Assembly (NCBI GenBank): GCA_025963875.1
Contig: JAOPZY010000027.1
Location: 1-36,361, forward strand
DNA from: Actinomycetota bacterium
GTDB taxonomy: Bacteria; Actinomycetota; CADDZG01; JAHWKV01; JAOPZY01
Reading direction: 5' to 3'
DNA: 36,361 nucleotides
Shown piece after piece: positions 11,001 to 21,594 of this stretch. How positions within the stretch are numbered: position 1 is the stretch's first letter; each line of letters starts with the position of its first letter. Below the pieces are notes generated by a model. The model was not told where the DNA came from, did not search any database, and saw only the letters and a list, made by a program, of their open reading frames with translations. Made by a program: the position numbers and the translations under genes.

Positions 11001-11024
11001 CCCGAAATAAATCCCGAAATAAAT
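11001..11024 (+). repeat. 12-bp tandem direct repeat
   Basis: CCCGAAATAAAT x2, AT-rich in a GC-rich background. Confidence 0.8.
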
Positions 11025-11105
11025 CAAGGCCAATCCGGGTTGTAACCCCCGAACGTATCTTTGGGTGTCCGTCCACCTCGAGACACAGGGAGAGATCTGT
11101 TGGCC

Positions 11106-11297
11106 ATGGTTGGTCCGATCCAGGGGGCCCGCATCTCAGCGCTGCCGCGGCGAAACACCCGTTTCGAAGCTGATCGCTTGTGCTCGCACCCAGGCTGCAT
11201 CACCAAGCTGTCGATCTACAACCGGCGTGACACCTGCTTCGCCCATGCGGGGTTCAAGATCCCCCGCCTGCGCGGCCGCACCCGACCGCAGAGTTGA
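11106..11297 (+). CDS. Small (63 aa) basic protein with putative C-x4-C...C-x2-H metal site
   Basis: MVGPIQGARIS...RLCSHPGCITKLSIYNRRDTCFAH...PRLRGR; GGGAG RBS (alternative TTG start at 11100); GC-rich third positions; followed by a hairpin. Confidence 0.7.
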   Translation: MVGPIQGARISALPRRNTRFEADRLCSHPGCITKLSIYNRRDTCFAHAGFKIPRLRGRTRPQS

Positions 11298-11306
11298 CGG
11301 CCCTTC

Positions 11307-11340
11307 ACGGCTTCGCCCCCGAATGACGGGGCGAGGCCGT
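11307..11340 (+). terminator. GC-rich hairpin, likely terminator
   Basis: ACGGCTTCGCCCC/GGGGCGAGGCCGT 13-bp stem (one G-U) 9 nt after the small ORF stop; no U-tract. Confidence 0.55.
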
Positions 11341-11446
11341 CTCGGTTGTTCGGCGCGGCAGTTCGCGTCAGCCTCTAGAATGCCCCCCCGAGAGCGTCCC
11401 GACCGCGCCCATCCCGGCGCCGCGCGGCGAAGAGCGAGGAGGGTTG

Positions 11447-12094
11447 ATGTTCCGCAAGGTGATGCTGGGTATGTACCTCGCTGCGATGGTCCTTCTCGTC
11501 CCCAGCGGCGCACTTGCGAAGGTTCTGCCCGACCACGCCCCCGACCGTGCTCCCGGTCGTGCCCCCGCTCAGGCCCCGGCTGCCGGCAACACCGTCGAGG
11601 CGACGGAGACCGGCGGCGGCGCCACCTTCGTCTTCGTGCCCGACACGATCACCATCAAGACCGGCGACACGGTCACGTTCAAGAACACGGGCAAGGTCCC
11701 TCACACGGCGACCGCCGACGACGGCTCGTACGACTTCACGCCGCTGAACGTCGGTGACTCCAAGACCACCCCTCCCTTCACCAAGCCGGGGACCTTCACG
11801 TACAAGTGCACCTACCACGCCACGCTCGGCATGACCGGCAGAGTCATCGTCACCGGAGCGGCCACCGGCCCGGTCGGCGCCGGCTCCCCGAGTGCCGCAG
11901 CCTCTGCGTCGGCGAGCCCCACGCCGAAGCTCACCGGCGCCGCCCAGTTCGGCATCAGCCCCTCGCCTGTCCCCACGGCGCCGCCGAGCCAGAAGTACTT
12001 CCCGAAGATCGCCGGGGCCGTCGTGGTCCTCGCCCTCCTCGGCATCGCGCTCGGCTACGTGAAGACGGCTAGGAAGCTGGCGGATAAGAGTTGA
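11447..12094 (+). CDS. Exported, membrane-anchored cupredoxin (plastocyanin/amicyanin-like blue copper protein)
   Basis: Signal peptide ending ALA; PHTAT and YKCTYHATLGM give the H/C/H/M type-1 Cu ligands; Pro/Ser/Ala linker; C-terminal TM helix and basic tail; AGGAGG RBS. Confidence 0.88.
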   Translation: MFRKVMLGMYLAAMVLLVPSGALAKVLPDHAPDRAPGRAPAQAPAAGNTVEATETGGGATFVFVPDTITIKTGDTVTFKNTGKVPHTATADDGSYDFTPLNVGDSKTTPPFTKPGTFTYKCTYHATLGMTGRVIVTGAATGPVGAGSPSAAASASASPTPKLTGAAQFGISPSPVPTAPPSQKYFPKIAGAVVVLALLGIALGYVKTARKLADKS

Positions 12095-13164
12095 GCGCCA
12101 TGCCCGCAGGCAAGCACCCGGACCGTCGAGGCCTTGTCGACACGGGGGTAGCCCTGCGGGTGGCGGGCCGCCTCGCCATCGACCCGATGGAGGGGTCCTA
12201 TCTGCTCCAGGACCTGGCGAGCCACTTCGCGGAGCTGGTCGCCGAGGCCGAGCCCCTCGTCGTCGAGGAGGCAGGCTTCGGCCCCTCCACCCCGGCACGG
12301 GCGCGGGTCATGTCCCGGTCCGAGTGGGCGCAGGCAAACGTCTCGTCGATCATCACCCTGCTCTCACCGCTGCTGGACAAGGTCGACGCCCGGATCCCCG
12401 ACGGGGCGGCCGGGGGGTTCACGCGAAAGGCCTACGGGTCGGCCCTCGGGGCACAGCTCGGCGGCGTGCTGGGCTTTATCTCCCAGCGGGTGCTCGGGCA
12501 GTACGAGATCGACCCGGTCAACGCGCACGACGTGTGGTTCGTCGGCCCGAACGTCGTGATCACGGAGCGCCGCTTCGGCTTCGTCCCCCGCGACTTCCGC
12601 CTCTGGGTTGCCACCCACGAGCTGACCCACCGGGCGCAGTTCGAGGGCAACGACTGGCTACGGGGGTACTTCATGGGATTGGTCCACGACCTGCTCTCGT
12701 CGCTGGAGCTGCAGCCCATGTCGCTCCTGGAGCGGGCGCTGAAGGTGGTCAGCTCGTCGGGTTCATCAGGGTCCGGCAACGAGTCGACGCCTATCGGCAT
12801 CCGCCTGCTCGACGAGGAACAGCGCAAGATCTTCGACAGGCTCCAGGCGATGATGTCGGTGGTCGAGGGCCACGGCAACTTCCTGATGGACGCCGTCGGC
12901 GCCGCCGCGATCCCCACCCAGGCCCGGATGCGCCGGAGCCTGCAGAGCGGCTCCTGGGAGGGGCCGCTCGGCAAGGTGATGCGCCGGCTCCTCGGCCTCG
13001 ACCTGAAGCGTGCCCAGTACGAGGAGGGCCAGAAGTTCTTCGACGCCGTGTCGGCTGCTGCCGGCAGGGACGGGGTCCGGGCGGCGTTCGGCAACGCCGA
13101 GAGCCTGCCGACCCTCGAGGAGATCCGGTCACCCGCCCTCTGGCTCGCCCGGATCGGTCCCTGA
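12091..13164 (+). CDS. Zinc-dependent metalloprotease-like protein (Zincin_2/DUF2342 type)
   Basis: FRLWVATHELTHRAQF (HExxH), MSVVEGH, KRAQYEEG; usual position upstream of tilS in Actinobacteria. Confidence 0.88.
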   Translation: MSAMPAGKHPDRRGLVDTGVALRVAGRLAIDPMEGSYLLQDLASHFAELVAEAEPLVVEEAGFGPSTPARARVMSRSEWAQANVSSIITLLSPLLDKVDARIPDGAAGGFTRKAYGSALGAQLGGVLGFISQRVLGQYEIDPVNAHDVWFVGPNVVITERRFGFVPRDFRLWVATHELTHRAQFEGNDWLRGYFMGLVHDLLSSLELQPMSLLERALKVVSSSGSSGSGNESTPIGIRLLDEEQRKIFDRLQAMMSVVEGHGNFLMDAVGAAAIPTQARMRRSLQSGSWEGPLGKVMRRLLGLDLKRAQYEEGQKFFDAVSAAAGRDGVRAAFGNAESLPTLEEIRSPALWLARIGP

Positions 13165-14459
13165 GCCCAGCATCCGCTGAACGGGTCCTCGTCGCGTTCA
13201 GCGGCGGGCCCGACTCGACGGCCCTGGCGCTGCTGGCCGCCTCCGCGGGCTGCGACGTTGTGCTCGCCCACGTCGACCACGCGATGAGGGAGAACTCGTC
13301 CGGCGACGCACGGCACTGCCGGCACGTGGCCCGCATGCTCGGGCTCCCCATCGAAGTCGTCCGGCTTAGCGAGCCTCCTGCGAATGAGGCCTCGGCCCGC
13401 TCGGCCCGCTACGAGGCCCTCGAGCGCATGGCCGACCGGGTGGGCGCCTGGACCATCGCCACGGGCCACACCCTCGACGACGATGCCGAGACGGTCCTGC
13501 TGCGCATGGGCCGAGGCGGCTACCCGCTCGGGATCCCGCCACGGCGGGGCAGGGTCGTGCGTCCCCTGCTGGCGATGCGGCGGGCGCAGACCGCCGAGGT
13601 GTGCGCCGCCCACGGGGTCCCGGTGCTCGCCGATCCCACGAACACCGACGAGCGCTTCGCTCGCAACCGCATTCGCCACCGGGTCCTCCCGCTTCTCGGG
13701 GACGAGGGCGTTCTCGCGCTGGCCCGGCTGGCCCAGGCCACCCGGGAAGCCAAGGCCCGCCACGACGCCGCCCTCGACCACCTCGTAGCCGCCGTGCTGC
13801 GCCTCCCGGCCCCCGGTACGCTCCTTCGCCTCGACCGCCCGGGGCTCGCGGCCCTTCCGGCGCACCTCAGGGAGGGCGTCCTGCGACGGGCGCTCGCGTC
13901 GCTGGGGATGGACCCGTCGACCCGGCTGGTGCGCGACCTGTCCGCCAAGGTCGTGCCCGTGCCGGGGGCCCGCCTGAGCCTCCCCGGCGGCCTCACGGCG
14001 TGGGCCGAGGCCGACGACCTGCTGGCCGGCGCGGCGCTTCCTCCGCCCCCGGCGGCACCCATCGCGGTGCCGGGGACGACCCGCCTCCCGGACTGGGGCA
14101 TCGAGGTCCTCACCGAGGTGCTGCCCCCACCGACGTCGCCACGCACCGGTGGCTGGGAGGCACTGCTCGACGGCCGTGCCGCCGCGGTTCCCCTGGCCGT
14201 GCGGTCCCGCCAGCCGGGCGACCGCTACCGGCCCCTGGGTGCACCAGGCGTCCGCAAGCTGCAGGACGTGCTGGTCGACGGCAAGGTGCCCCGGGCAACC
14301 CGGGACCGGGTGCCGCTCCTCATCGCCGGTGGGCGTCTAGTGTGGGTCGCCGGGCACCGGATCGACCACGACTTCCGCCTCACGCCGGCGTCGGTATCGG
14401 CCCTCCGGGTGCAGATCCGTCGGCTGGACCTCTTGTCAACGAACAAAGGCGCTCCGTAG
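13161..14459 (+). CDS. tilS: tRNA(Ile)-lysidine synthetase; start codon uncertain (CTG proposed)
   Basis: VAFSGGPDS PP-loop, AHVDH, ARSARY, TGHTLDDDAETVL, RPLL, DPTN, RNRIRH and C-terminal RSRQPGDR...RKLQD. Confidence 0.92.
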   Translation: MSPASAERVLVAFSGGPDSTALALLAASAGCDVVLAHVDHAMRENSSGDARHCRHVARMLGLPIEVVRLSEPPANEASARSARYEALERMADRVGAWTIATGHTLDDDAETVLLRMGRGGYPLGIPPRRGRVVRPLLAMRRAQTAEVCAAHGVPVLADPTNTDERFARNRIRHRVLPLLGDEGVLALARLAQATREAKARHDAALDHLVAAVLRLPAPGTLLRLDRPGLAALPAHLREGVLRRALASLGMDPSTRLVRDLSAKVVPVPGARLSLPGGLTAWAEADDLLAGAALPPPPAAPIAVPGTTRLPDWGIEVLTEVLPPPTSPRTGGWEALLDGRAAAVPLAVRSRQPGDRYRPLGAPGVRKLQDVLVDGKVPRATRDRVPLLIAGGRLVWVAGHRIDHDFRLTPASVSALRVQIRRLDLLSTNKGAP

Positions 14460-14499
14460 CATGAGCGGCTGACCGCCGGGCGAACGGAGAGCTGCGCAC

Positions 14500-15048
14500 A
14501 TGGAGTTGCCGCCTGAAATCGGGGAGGTCCTGCTCACCGAGGAGATGATCCGGGACAAGATCCGGGAGCTGGCAAAACGCATCACCGACGACTACCGCGA
14601 CCGGGACCTGCTCCTCGTCGGCGTGCTCAAGGGGGCGTTCATCCTGATGAGCGACCTCGCCCGGGAGATCTCCCTGCCGCTGGAGTTCGACTTCATGGCG
14701 GTCTCCAGCTACGGCTCCGCCACCCGGACCTCCGGGGTGGTCCGGATCCTGAAGGACCTCGACTTCGAGATCTCGGGGCGCCACGTGCTCCTCGTCGAGG
14801 ACATCATCGACTCCGGGCTGACGTTGCTGTACCTCCTCAAGTACCTCCAGACCCGCACCCCCGCGAGCCTCGAGGTCTGTGCCCTCATGCGGAAGGAGGG
14901 CATTCAGAAGGTGGCCCTGGACGTACGGTACGAAGGCTTCGAGATCCCGGCGAGATTCGTGGTGGGCTACGGACTCGACTACCGGCAGAAGTACCGCAAC
15001 CTCCCCTACGTCGCCGTCATGCGGGAGGAACCGCCGCATTCGGGATGA
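14500..15048 (+). CDS. hpt: Hypoxanthine phosphoribosyltransferase
   Basis: VGVLKGA, VSSYG, VLLVEDIIDSGLTL, FVVGYGLD. Confidence 0.97.
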   Translation: MELPPEIGEVLLTEEMIRDKIRELAKRITDDYRDRDLLLVGVLKGAFILMSDLAREISLPLEFDFMAVSSYGSATRTSGVVRILKDLDFEISGRHVLLVEDIIDSGLTLLYLLKYLQTRTPASLEVCALMRKEGIQKVALDVRYEGFEIPARFVVGYGLDYRQKYRNLPYVAVMREEPPHSG

Positions 15049-15141
15049 GAGTGGAAAGAACGAAGGGGCAGGGACTCTACCTGGCTGGGCGGCGATTCTC
15101 AAGGTGTCCATCTCCTGACACCGTGCTAGATTGGCGGTGCC

Positions 15142-17109
<1,968 letters not shown>

Positions 17110-17129
17110 GTTCCATCCGCTCCACCCGC

Positions 17130-18299
17130 TTGTCCGATCCCAAGCTCGACGCCATCCGTGAGGAGCTGCCGGCCCTTCGCCGCGGCGCCTTCCTCAACAC
17201 CGGCAGCTTCGGCCCCCAACCCATCCGGGCGCATGCGGCCCTGGTCACCTCTGACCGGGCCGACGTCGAGGAGGGACGGATGGGCCACAAGGTGTTCGAG
17301 CGGATGCTCGACAGCCGGGCGCGCACCCGGAGCGTCTTCGCCGGGGTCCTCGGGTGCGACGACTCCGAGCTGGCTCTGACGCACAGCACCACCTCAGGGG
17401 TCAACATCGCCGTCATGGGGCTCGACTGGCAACCGGGGGACCGGCTCATCACCGCCCAGGCCGAACACCCCGCTGAGCTGAACCCCGCCGCCGTCCTGAA
17501 GCAGCGCCGCGGGGTGGAGGTGGTGGCGACCGAGATCGGCCTCCCCGGGGTCGACCACGTGGCAGCCCTCGCCGCCGCCCTGGATGAGGGTGGCGCCCGG
17601 GCGGTCCTGCTCTCGCACGTCTGCTGGACGACCGGGCTCGTGATGCCGGTGCGAGAACTTGCCGATGCCGCCCACCAGGCCGGTGCCGTGCTGATCATCG
17701 ACGCCGCCCAGGGGGCCGGCGAGGTGCAAGTGAACGTGAAGGACCTCGACGTCGACGCCTACGCCTGCTCCGGGCAGAAGTGGCTGTGCGGACCCTCGGG
17801 GACCGGTGCCCTCTACGTCAGGCCCGACCGCATGGACGACTTCCAGCTGACCTTCGCCGGCTACGGTGCGGGCAAGGCGGCCCGGGACTGCTCCACGTTC
17901 GACGTGACACCCGGCGCCGCGCGCTTCGAAGCGATCACGCTGCACGGCCCGTCCCTGGATGCGCTGCGGGTGGGCCTGGAATGGCTGCAGGGCGACGAGG
18001 TCGGCCTCCCGTGGGCCCACGAGCGGATCGCCGGACTCGGCCGGCGCTGCCACGAGGCCCTGAGCGCCCTGCCGGGGGTGACCACGCTCTCCCCGGCGGA
18101 GGGGATCGCCGGTCTCGTCAGCTTCACCGTCGCCGGGATGGAGCCCGAGAAGGTCACGACGGCCCTCGAGGAGAAGGGGTTCTTCATCCGCCACGTCGAG
18201 TTCCCGGCGGCGAACCGGATCTCGACGGGCTTCTACAACACGGAGGACGAGATCGACGCCGTCGCTGAGGCGATCGGGGAGCTGGCCGGGGCGAGGTAG
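17130..18299 (+). CDS. Class V PLP-dependent aminotransferase-fold enzyme (cysteine/cystine lyase-like)
   Basis: FLNTGSFGP, THSTTSG, IDAAQ, CSGQKWLCGPSGTG (PLP Lys), RISTGFYNTEDEID; TTG start at 17130 inferred. Confidence 0.88.
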   Translation: MSDPKLDAIREELPALRRGAFLNTGSFGPQPIRAHAALVTSDRADVEEGRMGHKVFERMLDSRARTRSVFAGVLGCDDSELALTHSTTSGVNIAVMGLDWQPGDRLITAQAEHPAELNPAAVLKQRRGVEVVATEIGLPGVDHVAALAAALDEGGARAVLLSHVCWTTGLVMPVRELADAAHQAGAVLIIDAAQGAGEVQVNVKDLDVDAYACSGQKWLCGPSGTGALYVRPDRMDDFQLTFAGYGAGKAARDCSTFDVTPGAARFEAITLHGPSLDALRVGLEWLQGDEVGLPWAHERIAGLGRRCHEALSALPGVTTLSPAEGIAGLVSFTVAGMEPEKVTTALEEKGFFIRHVEFPAANRISTGFYNTEDEIDAVAEAIGELAGAR

Positions 18300-18396
18300 C
18301 CCCCCACCCGTGGGGGTGAGTGAAGCCTCCTAGCGCACCGCCGACCGCCCTAAAGTGGTGATCTTGTGGGTCGATAGAGGGCCACCCGAAATCGAG

Positions 18397-18433
18397 TGTC
18401 TGTTTCACCACGCATAGAGTGGTGAAACAGACA
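18397..18433. repeat. Perfect 15-bp inverted repeat between convergent genes
   Basis: TGTCTGTTTCACCAC-gcataga-GTGGTGAAACAGACA. Confidence 0.85.
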
Positions 18434-18599
18434 GAGAATTTCCAGGGCCGCCGCGGCGGGCTCAAAATCGGTCATATTGGGCACCCACCGTTCCCTCCGG
18501 CACCGTAACTGACGGCGATAGGTGAGCGGGTCCGACAGGGAGCGACCGCCTCCTGCGATCGGGGGGAGGTCAAGGCTGCGGCCCGATGCTTCTGCCGGC

Positions 18600-19340
18600 C
18601 TAGTGCGGGGTGAACAGGCCGACCAAGTGGCCCTGCGGGTCGGTGAACATGGCGATCGTGAGGTTGGGCATGTGCGTCGGCGGGACGACCGTCGTGGCGC
18701 CGAGTCCGACAGCCTTGTCCAGCGTCGCCTCGACGTCGGGGACCGAAGTATGGACGGTGGCGTAGGACTGACCCTGAGCGCCCGTGCCGATGCCGCCCTT
18801 GATGCCGTCCTCGCTCCCGGTATCCATCTCCCAGTAGTCGAAGCCTGGGGCGTCGTACTTCTTGGAGGTCCAGCCGAACAGCTCCGAGTAGAAGGCCACG
18901 AGCGCCGGGCCGTCCCCGCCCATGACCTCGAACCAGGAGACCGGCGCGCCCGAACCTGGGGACGGAGAGCCCTGCTGCGTCTCCATCTGGTTGCCGCCGC
19001 CCACGAGGCCCACCTCGTGTCCTTCGGGGTCGGCGAACATCGCCAGCGTCACGGCGCCCGGGATGGTCATGACCGGCTGCGTCGTCTTGCCGCCGAGCGA
19101 CTCCGCCTTGTCGAGCACGGCCTGCAGGTCGTCGGCCATGACGTAGAACGCCACCTGGCCAGGGCCTTCCGGGGCGGTCCCGATACCGCCGTTGATGCCG
19201 GACCCACCCTGCGTGTCGACGAGGGCGTAGTTCATCTCCGGGACCGGGGTGATCTTCCAGCCGAACAGCTCGCCGTAGAATCTCTGGAGCTCCTCGGCGT
19301 TCGGACCGCTGATGTCGAAGTGCACGACGGGCTTGCCCAT
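18600..19340 (-). CDS. Two-domain VOC/glyoxalase family protein
   Basis: Repeated modules PVVHFDI...FYGELFGW...FADPEGH and PVSWFEV...FYSELFGW...FTDPQGH; AGGAGG RBS before ATG 19340. Confidence 0.92.
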   Translation of the reverse strand: MGKPVVHFDISGPNAEELQRFYGELFGWKITPVPEMNYALVDTQGGSGINGGIGTAPEGPGQVAFYVMADDLQAVLDKAESLGGKTTQPVMTIPGAVTLAMFADPEGHEVGLVGGGNQMETQQGSPSPGSGAPVSWFEVMGGDGPALVAFYSELFGWTSKKYDAPGFDYWEMDTGSEDGIKGGIGTGAQGQSYATVHTSVPDVEATLDKAVGLGATTVVPPTHMPNLTIAMFTDPQGHLVGLFTPH

Positions 19341-19437
19341 GTTCGGCCTCCTTTGACGGTGCCGGCAGCGCGAGGCCACCGGGAAAGCCATTCAACCGCA
19401 TCCATCAGTGCCTGACTAGTGCAAGAATCCACCCGGC

Positions 19438-19731
19438 ATGGCCATCACGGAACCTTGTTACGTCGCCGAATGCTTCTATGCCAAGGACGCCGCCAACAGG
19501 CGCGCCCCGTTTCGTGAGGCGCATCTGGCCCGGGTGGGCATGCTCTCCGACGAGGGTGCGCTGCTGCTGGCAGGCGCCTTCGACGACATGAGTGCCTCGC
19601 TGCTCGTGTTCGCTGTGGAGAGCGAGGAGGCCGTGGCCGCCATTATCGAGACCGACGTCTACTGGAAGAACAAGGTCTGGACCTCCTACAAGATCCGCAG
19701 GCTCAACCGCGTGGTCTTGGAGGACCGGTAG
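19438..19731 (+). CDS. YciI family protein
   Basis: RRAPFREAHL, LLLAGAF and DVYWKNKVW patterns; 97 aa. Confidence 0.8.
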   Translation: MAITEPCYVAECFYAKDAANRRAPFREAHLARVGMLSDEGALLLAGAFDDMSASLLVFAVESEEAVAAIIETDVYWKNKVWTSYKIRRLNRVVLEDR

Positions 19732-19741
19732 TCCGGGCCCA

Positions 19742-20983
19742 GTGAAACGGACACCGCAGGTCTGGCGCTGCCGGGATGTGGTGCTCCGGGTGTCGGAGCG
19801 CACGCACGTGGTCGGGATCCTCAACGTCACGCCCGACTCGTTCTCCGACGGTGGCCGCTATACCGATCTCGACGCCGCGGTCTCCAGGGGGGCGGAGATG
19901 GCGGCGGGAGGAGCGGACGTCATCGACGTCGGGGGAGAGTCCACCCGCCCGGGCGCCGAGCCCGTCGCCGAGGCGGAGGAGCTGCGGCGGGTGATCCCGG
20001 TCATCGAGGCTCTGGTCCGGGAGGTTCCCGTGCCGATCTCGATCGACACCGCCAAGGCCGGTGTCGCGCAGGCGGCCCTCGACGCAGGCGCGGTCATCGT
20101 CAACGACGTGACCGCCCTTCGCGGCGACCGGCGCATGGCCGAGGTCGTGGCGACCTCGAAGGCGGGGGTGGTGCTCATGCACATGCTCGGTGATCCCCGG
20201 ACCATGCAGAAGGACCCGCGGTACGGCGACGTGGTGGCCGACGTCGGGGCCTCCCTGCTGGCGTGGGCCAAGGGCGCGGAGGCGTCGGGCGTCGAGTGGG
20301 AACGGATCGTCATCGACCCGGGCATCGGCTTCGGCAAGACCCTTGAGCACAACCTCCTGCTGCTCCGGAACCTTGGGTCGCTCACGGTGCTCGGCTACCC
20401 CGTGCTCGTGGGGCCGTCCCGCAAGTCCTTCATCCACGCAGCCCTCGGACTCCCGCACGGGGAGCGCCTCGAGGCCACGGCAGGCGCGGTGGCGTGGGCG
20501 GTGGCCCAGGGGGCGCAGCTGGTCCGGGTCCACGACGTCACGGAGATGGTGCGGGTGGTGCGGATGACCGAGGCGATCCGCGACGCCGGGGCGTCCTTCG
20601 AGGACGAGTTCGAGCCGCCGCCCGGCAGGGACAAGGTGATCGTACGAGGCCTCAGGGTCTTCGGCTACCACGGCGTCCATGCCCACGAGCAGGAGCGGGG
20701 CCAGGACTTCGTCATCGACCTTGAGGCGCACCTCGATCTGCGGCCGGCCGGGCGCGGCGACGACCTCGACGAGACCCTGGACTACTCCGACCTCGCCCGG
20801 CGGGCCTCCGCCATCGTCTCGAGCGAGCGCTTCAACCTCATCGAAGCCCTGGCGGAGCGTCTCGCCGCCGAGGTGCTGGAGGACCCGAGGGTCGCCCGGA
20901 CCGTGATCCGGGTGGCCAAGCCCGCCGCGCTTGCCGCCCGCAACGTCGAAACCGTCCTCGTCGAGATCGAACGGGAGCGGTGA
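19742..20983 (+). CDS. folP: Dihydropteroate synthase fused to a C-terminal dihydroneopterin aldolase (FolP-FolB)
   Basis: GILNVTPDSFSDGG, DVGGESTRPGA, DPGIGFGK, SRKSF, VRVHDV, then in frame DKVIVRGLRVFGYHGV...GQDFVIDL...TLDY...FNLIE...VAKP; GTG start at 19742 inferred. Confidence 0.93.
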   Translation: MKRTPQVWRCRDVVLRVSERTHVVGILNVTPDSFSDGGRYTDLDAAVSRGAEMAAGGADVIDVGGESTRPGAEPVAEAEELRRVIPVIEALVREVPVPISIDTAKAGVAQAALDAGAVIVNDVTALRGDRRMAEVVATSKAGVVLMHMLGDPRTMQKDPRYGDVVADVGASLLAWAKGAEASGVEWERIVIDPGIGFGKTLEHNLLLLRNLGSLTVLGYPVLVGPSRKSFIHAALGLPHGERLEATAGAVAWAVAQGAQLVRVHDVTEMVRVVRMTEAIRDAGASFEDEFEPPPGRDKVIVRGLRVFGYHGVHAHEQERGQDFVIDLEAHLDLRPAGRGDDLDETLDYSDLARRASAIVSSERFNLIEALAERLAAEVLEDPRVARTVIRVAKPAALAARNVETVLVEIERER

Positions 20984-21477
20984 CAACCGGGGTGACCACC
21001 GCCTACATCGGGCTGGGGTCCAACCTGGGCGACCGGCTCGGCAACCTCCAGGCGGCCCTCAAGGCCCTGTCCGCCCGGGGACTGGAGCCGGCGGCTCGTT
21101 CCTCCGTGTACGAGAGCGACGCCTTGGGACCGCCGCAACCCGACTACCTGAACGCCGTCGTCTCGGTGCCGACCTCGTTGACGCCCCGGGAACTGCTGGA
21201 GGCGCTGTTGGCCGTCGAAGCCGAGCTCGGCCGCCACCGTGGGCAGCGTTGGGGGCCCCGGGAGATCGACCTCGACCTGCTGCTCTACGGCGACGAGATG
21301 GTGGAGGAGGACGGCCTCACGGTCCCGCACCCCGAGATGACCAAGCGCTCGTTCGTGCTGCTGCCCCTGCTGGAGATCGCCCCGGATCTGGACCTGCCCT
21401 CGGGCGAGCCGGCCACGGCTTTCCTGGAGCGGGACCCACCCGGCATCCGCAAGCTCGGCCCGCTTCCCCTGGGCTGA
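20980..21477 (+). CDS. folK: 2-amino-4-hydroxy-6-hydroxymethyldihydropteridine diphosphokinase
   Basis: AYIGLGSNLGDR, YLNAV, RWGPREIDLDLL, VPHP, RSFVLLPL. Confidence 0.96.
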   Translation: MTTGVTTAYIGLGSNLGDRLGNLQAALKALSARGLEPAARSSVYESDALGPPQPDYLNAVVSVPTSLTPRELLEALLAVEAELGRHRGQRWGPREIDLDLLLYGDEMVEEDGLTVPHPEMTKRSFVLLPLLEIAPDLDLPSGEPATAFLERDPPGIRKLGPLPLG

Positions 21478-21550
21478 GGCCGCCACTCGCCACGAGGAGT
21501 GGTGGATCTGGCCGCTCGACCACTCTGCGTAACGGCCCCCGGCAGACCCC

Positions 21551-21556
21551 TATAAT
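21551..21556 (+). promoter_or_regulatory. Putative -10 element for panC-panD
   Basis: Consensus TATAAT 38 nt upstream of panC. Confidence 0.5.
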
Positions 21557-21594
21557 GGTGGTGACCGGTATCCCTCAAGGAACTGGATCCCAAC

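Noticed and set aside
10884..11100. tRNA-Thr as an integration site for an island
   Set aside because: No integrase and no duplicated tRNA 3' end seen in the window; downstream genes rejoin the core order.
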